Below, one piece after another: positions 7,695 to 9,440 of a stretch of DNA of 9,440 nt. The translations under genes and the position numbers were made by a program. The notes below the pieces were generated by a model, which was not told the origin of the DNA, ran no database searches, and worked only from the letters and a program-made list of their open reading frames with translations. The DNA comes from Paraspadella gotoi (lineage: Eukaryota; Animalia; Chaetognatha): assembly GCA_051294375.1 (NCBI GenBank), contig JBJCIZ010000818.1, forward strand, positions 1 to 9,440, given 5' to 3'. Position 1 is the stretch's first letter. Each line of letters begins with the position of its first letter.

Positions 7695-8900
7695 TCAGAG
7701 GGATCGTGTGAATTCAAGTAGCACTAATTTCGTTCTATCACATCAAGGATTTTTTCCGGCGGCCGTGCGAACAGCCACGCGCCGAGTGGGGTACGCATGG
7801 GGGAATAACTTTCTCCCAATGTGCGCCGAGGATCCCCCCATTGTCCGGGGAAGAAGGTCGTCCAATCATGCAGAACAACGACAACTTGGAGATTCGACGG
7901 GTGAAGTGTACAATTTTTGACGTTGTTGTATGAGTTGTAATCATATTCGCCTGTCTCCAACGTTGCCAGAAGGGTATCTGAGAGGGTTCTTGTCTGGCTT
8001 CCAGGCAGAGACGGGCGTATGCTACGATGCTTCTTGGCCGGAGGAAGGTGCACGATAATATCCGGGCGGAAGCGAGAGATGGAGCAGCTGAGCGCCCCGG
8101 CCCGGTTGAGGAATCATCTATGGCGAAAGGAGGGGATACGATGAGGCGGGGATCGTCTGGAAAGGTGAGTTAGTGGACGACGATCTCACATTTCCCTCAG
8201 CAACAGGTAACAAATGTTTCAAATATTTCAGACGTTATTCCTTTTTGTCTAACAGACGTGAAGAACTTCTTGATATGAACGGACGATGGCTCGCCAGGAA
8301 CCTCCGCAATCGCGGCGTAACCGGGTGGGATTGAAGTTCGCATTCCAAGCCTTTGAAGCCAGCGAAGGCCTTCAGGAGTAATTCTTCATGGTATTTCTTC
8401 ATGGCCGGACCTGAAGTTCTTTATTAGCACAAACAAAATTCGTACCAATTTGCACTATCAGAGGATTCTTAAACCTGGAGTCCTTGCATGAATTCTCATC
8501 AATGCATTAACAAGGCAGGATGCGGATAATCTTTCACGGACTTCTATGAGAACAGCTCTCATGGCAACAGGTAAATAACGAAAATATATTCTTTGCCATT
8601 TTTCTATAATTTTAACATTAAATGGTCCACATAAATCAACACCTGTAGCTTAAATGGGTAACCTGGTGTGCACTCTTATTGCAGAAGTGGAGCCATTTTC
8701 TGTGATTCGGTTTGGCGTATCCGATCAGTACTGACAAGGTTCGTGAGGATGACAGTATGAAGCGCCCTCGTATCAACGTTTGAACAGTTGATCTGCACTT
8801 GAACAGATCCAAAACTTTGTCTTTGAATATCGGCAATGGGTTTGCTCAGTTTCCAGAATGAGCTAAAATTATCATGAAATCATTTCCAATTAATGTACAG
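7695..8900 (-). pseudogene. Frameshifted BEL/Pao retrotransposon integrase (Zn finger, DDE core, DUF5641-like C-terminus)
   Basis: Collinear motifs across shifting minus frames: AHSG (~8852-8863), TKFWI (~8806-8820), QKMAPL, PGYPF, GVDLCGPFNVK (core 8620-8643), RAVLIEV..LSASCLVNALMRIHAR (from ~8559), GTNFVCANKEL (8414-8446), FNP..GGSW.AIVRS (GGSW 8294-8305), RPLT (8168-8179), FWQRW..EY (7957-7971), RVAVRT (~7764-7781), KLVLLE. Confidence 0.88.
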
Positions 8901-9440
8901 TGTGGGTTTGAACTCGAACTCTCTGGCCATGAACCGGGTCCGACAGAGTCGCCACTATGTCTATAAGAGGAAACTCACTAAAGATCCTTTTATCTTTATT
9001 ACTAGCATTATGATTATTATTGCTGGTCTTTTTGTCAGAACAAAACAAAAGAACAAACTATTTAACAAAGTCAGCTGTTTGATCTGATTCTCTCTATTGG
9101 CTTTACAAAGTATTTCAAGAGGAATCATTTCCCAGCTCAAACAAGCTTGTTGCAATTTATTATGATTAAATAATGACTTTTTAATCCGTTTATTAATTGC
9201 TAAATTAATTGATTTCTTTATTGTTTGTTACTGTTCATATAGATATTGCATGTGCTAATTAGCAAATGGAATATCTATATGCTTTGATTATTTTATTAAG
9301 GTCACATTTTAAGCATTAACCAAACAAGTTGGTTTAAACTAACTTTTTATTACGAAGCTAAATAAACCATTGCCATTACCGCCACCGAGCGCCAACCGAC
9401 TCACTTCCGTTCCTTCTGAACTCCGCTTCGTGCCATCCAC
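8901..9440 (+). repeat. Second copy of the Gypsy LTR start (U3) in opposite orientation (truncated by window edge)
   Basis: Starts TGTGGGTTTGAACTC at 8901 and aligns by eye with 629-85 at roughly 90-95%, mostly single-base indels. It is preceded by ATGTACAG rather than a PPT, so it is a 5' or solo LTR junction. Confidence 0.9.

Noticed and set aside
7708-8836. ORFs 7708-7920, 7724-8053, 7738-7944, 8636-8836 and plus-strand splice-like sites (8165, 8207-8255) as a host or accessory gene
   Set aside because: Better explained as frameshifted pieces or the antisense shadow of the BEL/Pao integrase.
5352-8901. Autointegration inversion product of the Gypsy element into its own LTR
   Set aside because: The DNA joined to the inverted LTR start at 8900 is BEL/Pao integrase rather than Gypsy sequence.
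85-9440. Terminal inverted repeats of a large DNA transposon, Polinton or DIRS-like element
   Set aside because: The repeat's inner boundary is a TG LTR start right after a PPT. No transposase, pPolB or tyrosine recombinase is visible, and pol has a DDE integrase.
1-9440. CRISPR array, tRNA or rRNA genes, prokaryotic retron or DGR system
   Set aside because: No spaced repeat array or RNA gene signature is visible, and the RT is embedded in a Gypsy Pol polyprotein.

Overview
Eukaryotic nested-retrotransposon region with no host gene. On the minus strand is an intact Ty3/Gypsy LTR retrotransposon: tRNA-Trp-type PBS (5337-5350), gag (5291-4155), a -1 ribosomal frameshift signal (G GGA AAC plus stem-loop), pol with PR-RT-RNaseH-IN-GPY/F (to 760), a PPT (630-637) and a 3' LTR that starts TGTGGG at 629 and runs off the left edge. 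The 5' LTR ends next to the PBS at 5352, but its start is not found upstream in direct orientation. Instead, the LTR start appears inverted at 8901-9440. Between them, 7695-8900 holds a heavily frameshifted BEL/Pao integrase that the ORF track misses, cut exactly at the inverted LTR start. The LTR is long and may carry an antisense ORF across U3/PPT. Outside gag-pol, differences are mostly single-base indels, so uncorrected long-read error or misassembly must be excluded. All identifications come from manual motif reading; no searches were run.
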